A stretch of DNA of 63,965 nucleotides, counting the filler, from Chiloscyllium plagiosum (Eukaryota): assembly GCF_004010195.1 (NCBI RefSeq). It is 4 parts of one record of this genome, joined end to end, with 100 filler letters (N's around TTAATTAATTAA, not from the genome) between each part and the next. Parts side by side here need not be neighbours in the genome. Positions count along the whole stretch, not along the records: positions 59,619 to 63,965 come from NC_057716.1; 3 more parts are not named here. One strand, 5' to 3'. A program made the translations under genes and the position numbers. Below are positions 61,205 to 63,965 of the stretch, piece after piece. The stretch's first letter is position 1; every line of letters begins with the position of its first letter. Below the pieces are notes generated by a model, which saw only the letters and a program-made list of their open reading frames with translations, did no database searches and had not been told where the DNA came from.

Positions 61205-63182
61205 TGGGTGACACGGTGGCTCAGTGGTGAGCACTGCTGCCTTACAGAACCAGGGTTCGATTCCCACCTCGGGCATCTGGGGAAACCCACGCAGACACGG
61301 GGAGAATGTGCAAACTCCACACTGTCAGTCGCCTGAGGCGGGAATTGAACCTGGGACCGTGGTGCTGTGAGGCAGCAGTGCTAACCACTGAGCCACCGTG
61401 CCACCCCAAATTCACTTTGGTCAGAGTAACCGGAATGCAAAGTACTGGGCTAATGGTAAGATTCTTGGTAGTGTAGATGAGCAGAGAGACCTCGGTGTCC
61501 GTGTACATAGATCCCTGAAAGTTGCTCCCAGGTTGACAGGGTTGTTAAGAAAGCATACAGTATTTTAGCTTTTATTAATAGAGGGGTCGAGTTCCGGAAC
61601 CATGAGGTTATGCTGCAGCTGTACAAAACTCTGGTGCGGGTTTCCTCCCACAGTCCAAAGATGTGCAGGTCAGGTGAATTGGCCATACTAAATTGCCCGT
61701 AGTGTTAGGTAATGGGCAAATGTAGGGGTATGGGTGGGTTGCGCTTCGGCGGGTCGGTGTGGACTTGTTGGGCCGAAGGGCCTGTTTCCACACTGTAATG
61801 TAATCTTAATAGAGACATATAAGATAATCAGAGGGTTAGATAGGGTGGACAGGGAGAGCCTTTTTCCAAGTATGGTGACGGCGAGCACGAGAGGGCACAG
61901 CTTTAAATTGAGGGGTGATAGATATAGGACAGATGTCAGAGGTAGTTTCTTTACTCAGAGAGTAGTAAGGGTATGGAATGCTTTGCCCGCAACGGTAGTA
62001 GATTGGCCAAGTTTAAGTGCATTTAAGTCGTCATTGGACAGGCATATGGACGTACATGGAATAGTGTAGGTGGGATGGGCTTCCAATTCTTATGACAGGT
62101 GGGCGCAACATCGAGGGCTGAAGGGCCTGTACTGCGCTGTAATGTTCTATGTTCTATAGGTGTATGGGTTAGTAAATTTGCAGATGACACTAAAGTCAGT
62201 GGAGTAGTGGACAGTGTGGAAGAATGTTACAGGTTGTAGGGGGACTTGGATAATCTACAGAATTGGGCTGAGAGGTGGCAAATGGAGTTCAATGAAGCTA
62301 AATGTGAGGTGATGCACTTTGGGAAGAATAACAGGAAGGCAGAGTACTGGGTCAATGGAAAGGTTGTTGGTAGTGTGGATGTGCAGAGGGAACTTGGAGT
62401 CCACGTACATAGATCCCTGATTCCTGATGAAGGGCTTTTGCCCGAAACCATCAATTTTCCTGCTCCTTGGATGCTGCCTGACCTGCTGTGCTTTTCCAGG
62501 ACCATTCTAATCTAGACCATAGATCCCTGAAAGTTGCCACCCAGGTGGATAGTGCTATTAAGAAGGCATACGGTGTGTTAGGTTTCATTCGTGGAGGGAT
62601 TGAGTTCCAGAGACGCAATATCATGCTGCAAATATGCAAAACACTGATGCGGTCACACTTGGAATATTGTGTACTGTTCTGGTCCCCATATTTCGGGAAG
62701 GATGTGGAGGCATTGGAAAAGGTGCAGAGGAGATTTACCAGGATGTTGTCTGGACTGGAGGGAAGGTCTTCTGAGGAAAGGCTGAGGGATTTGGGTCTGT
62801 TCTCATTGGAGAGAAGAAGTCTAAGGGGGAATTTGATAGAGACATACAAGATGATCAGAGGAATAGATAGGGTAGACAGTGAGAGTCTTTTTCCGAGGAT
62901 GATTATTTCAGCGTGTACGAGAGGGCATAACTACAAATTGAGGGGTGCTAGATTTAAGACAGATGTCAGAGCAGGTTCTTTACGCAGAGAGTGGTAAGGG
63001 GGTGGAATGCCCTACCTGCCAATGTAGTCAACTCAGTCACATTAGGGAGATTTAAACAATCCTTGGATAAGCACATGGATGATTTTGGGATAGTGTAGGG
63101 GGACGAGCTGAGAATAGTTCACAGGTCGGCGCAACATCAAGAGCCTAAGGGCCTGTTCTGCGCTGTATTGTTCTATGTTCTA
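61205..63182 (+). mobile_element. Cluster of V-SINE pieces (61205-61405, 61636-61805) and two CR1 3' parts (61410-62157, 62158-63182)
   Basis: FADDTK, LMRSHLEYCVLFWSP, (TTCTATG)n tails. Confidence 0.88.
62421..62517 (+). mobile_element. Hammerhead-bearing mini-insertion with perfect 13-bp TSD inside CR1
   Basis: CATAGATCCCTGA at 62408-62420 and 62518-62530; core CUGAUGA-A-GGGC-UUUU-GCCC-GAAA starts at 62424. Confidence 0.9.
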
Positions 63183-63569
63183 TGATTGGCCATGGGAAAT
63201 GCAGGGTTGCAGGGATGTGGTAGAGGAGCTGGATATGGGTGAGATGTCCTTTGGAGAGTTGGAGCAGACTTGATTGGCCAGGCACGCGTAGCCGGACTGT
63301 GGGAATTCTATGATTCTAACCTCCTCCAGCCCCCTACAGCCCTCGCATCGAATCCCTACAATGTGAAAGCAGGCCATTTGGCCCAACAGATCCACACCAA
63401 CCCTCCAGGACTAACCCATCCAGACCCTATTACTCTACATTTACCCTAATTAATGGCCCGAACCTACACATTCCTGAACGCTATGGATAATTTAACACAG
63501 CCAATCCACCCTAACCTTCACATCCCTGGACACTTTGGGACAATTTCCCATGGCCAATCCATTCATGCA

Positions 63570-63740
63570 AGGACTGTAACAAACACTACATTGGACAAAC
63601 AGACAGAAAACTAGCCACCAGGATACATGAACACCAACTAGCCACAAAAAGACATGACCCTCTCTCACTAGGATTCTCACACATGGATGAGGAAGGACAC
63701 CACTTCGACTGGGACAACACATCCACCTGAGGACAGGCCA
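63570..63740 (+). mobile_element. Penelope-like GIY-YIG fragment (third family)
   Basis: KHYIGQTDRKLATRIHEHQLATKRHDPLS. Confidence 0.75.
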
Positions 63741-63809
63741 CTGAGCCACTGTGAAGTCCTCGCTATCACGGTGCCGACCTCCAGATCATACCCCCTTCCT
63801 ACTGTAACA

Positions 63810-63965
63810 TCTGACAGTGTGGCACTCCCTCAGTACTGACCCTCTGACAGTGCAGCGCTCCCTCTGTACTGACCCTCTGACAGTGCGGCACTCCCTCAGC
63901 ACTGACCCTCTGACAGTGCTGCACTCCCTCAGCACTGACCCTCTGACAGTGCGACACTCCCTCAG
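63810..63965 (+). repeat. 33-bp minisatellite running off the window end
   Basis: Units cag(t/c)actgaccctctgacagtgc.gcactccct start at 63831, 63864, 63897 and 63930. Confidence 0.92.

Noticed and set aside
63810..63965. 33-bp repeats as a possible CRISPR array
   Set aside because: Head-to-tail units with no unique spacers, no cas genes, vertebrate context; a minisatellite.

Overview
Vertebrate nuclear DNA, most likely from a cartilaginous fish (inferred from HER1-like CR1 LINEs, HE1-like V-SINEs and a 33-bp GACAGTGC..CACTCCCTCAG minisatellite). Most of the window is nested retroelement debris: many CR1 copies, tRNA-derived V-SINEs, several Penelope-like (RT + GIY-YIG) families, a Gypsy integrase/LTR remnant, Rex1/Babar and Tx1 3' ends, and one Tigger-like MITE. 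The only host coding sequence I can support is five intact 270-bp, phase 1-1 exons on the + strand (33171-48227). Each encodes one I-set Ig domain resembling the central repeats of obscurin-like protein 1 (OBSL1). They sit in a tandem array of ~2-kb exon+intron units (~32.1-49.4 kb) with a truncated sixth exon, signs of a further lost unit, a mosaic exon and one intron almost entirely replaced by a Penelope element. The second notable system is a set of ~85-180-bp Penelope-terminus mini-insertions that carry a minimal hammerhead-ribozyme core (CUGANGA-A-GGGC-N4-GCCC-GAAA-C-GUC). Several have 12-15-bp target-site duplications, two have empty paralogous sites inside the window, and two form fold-back hairpins. 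Repeat boundaries were read by eye and are approximate; no database search was run.
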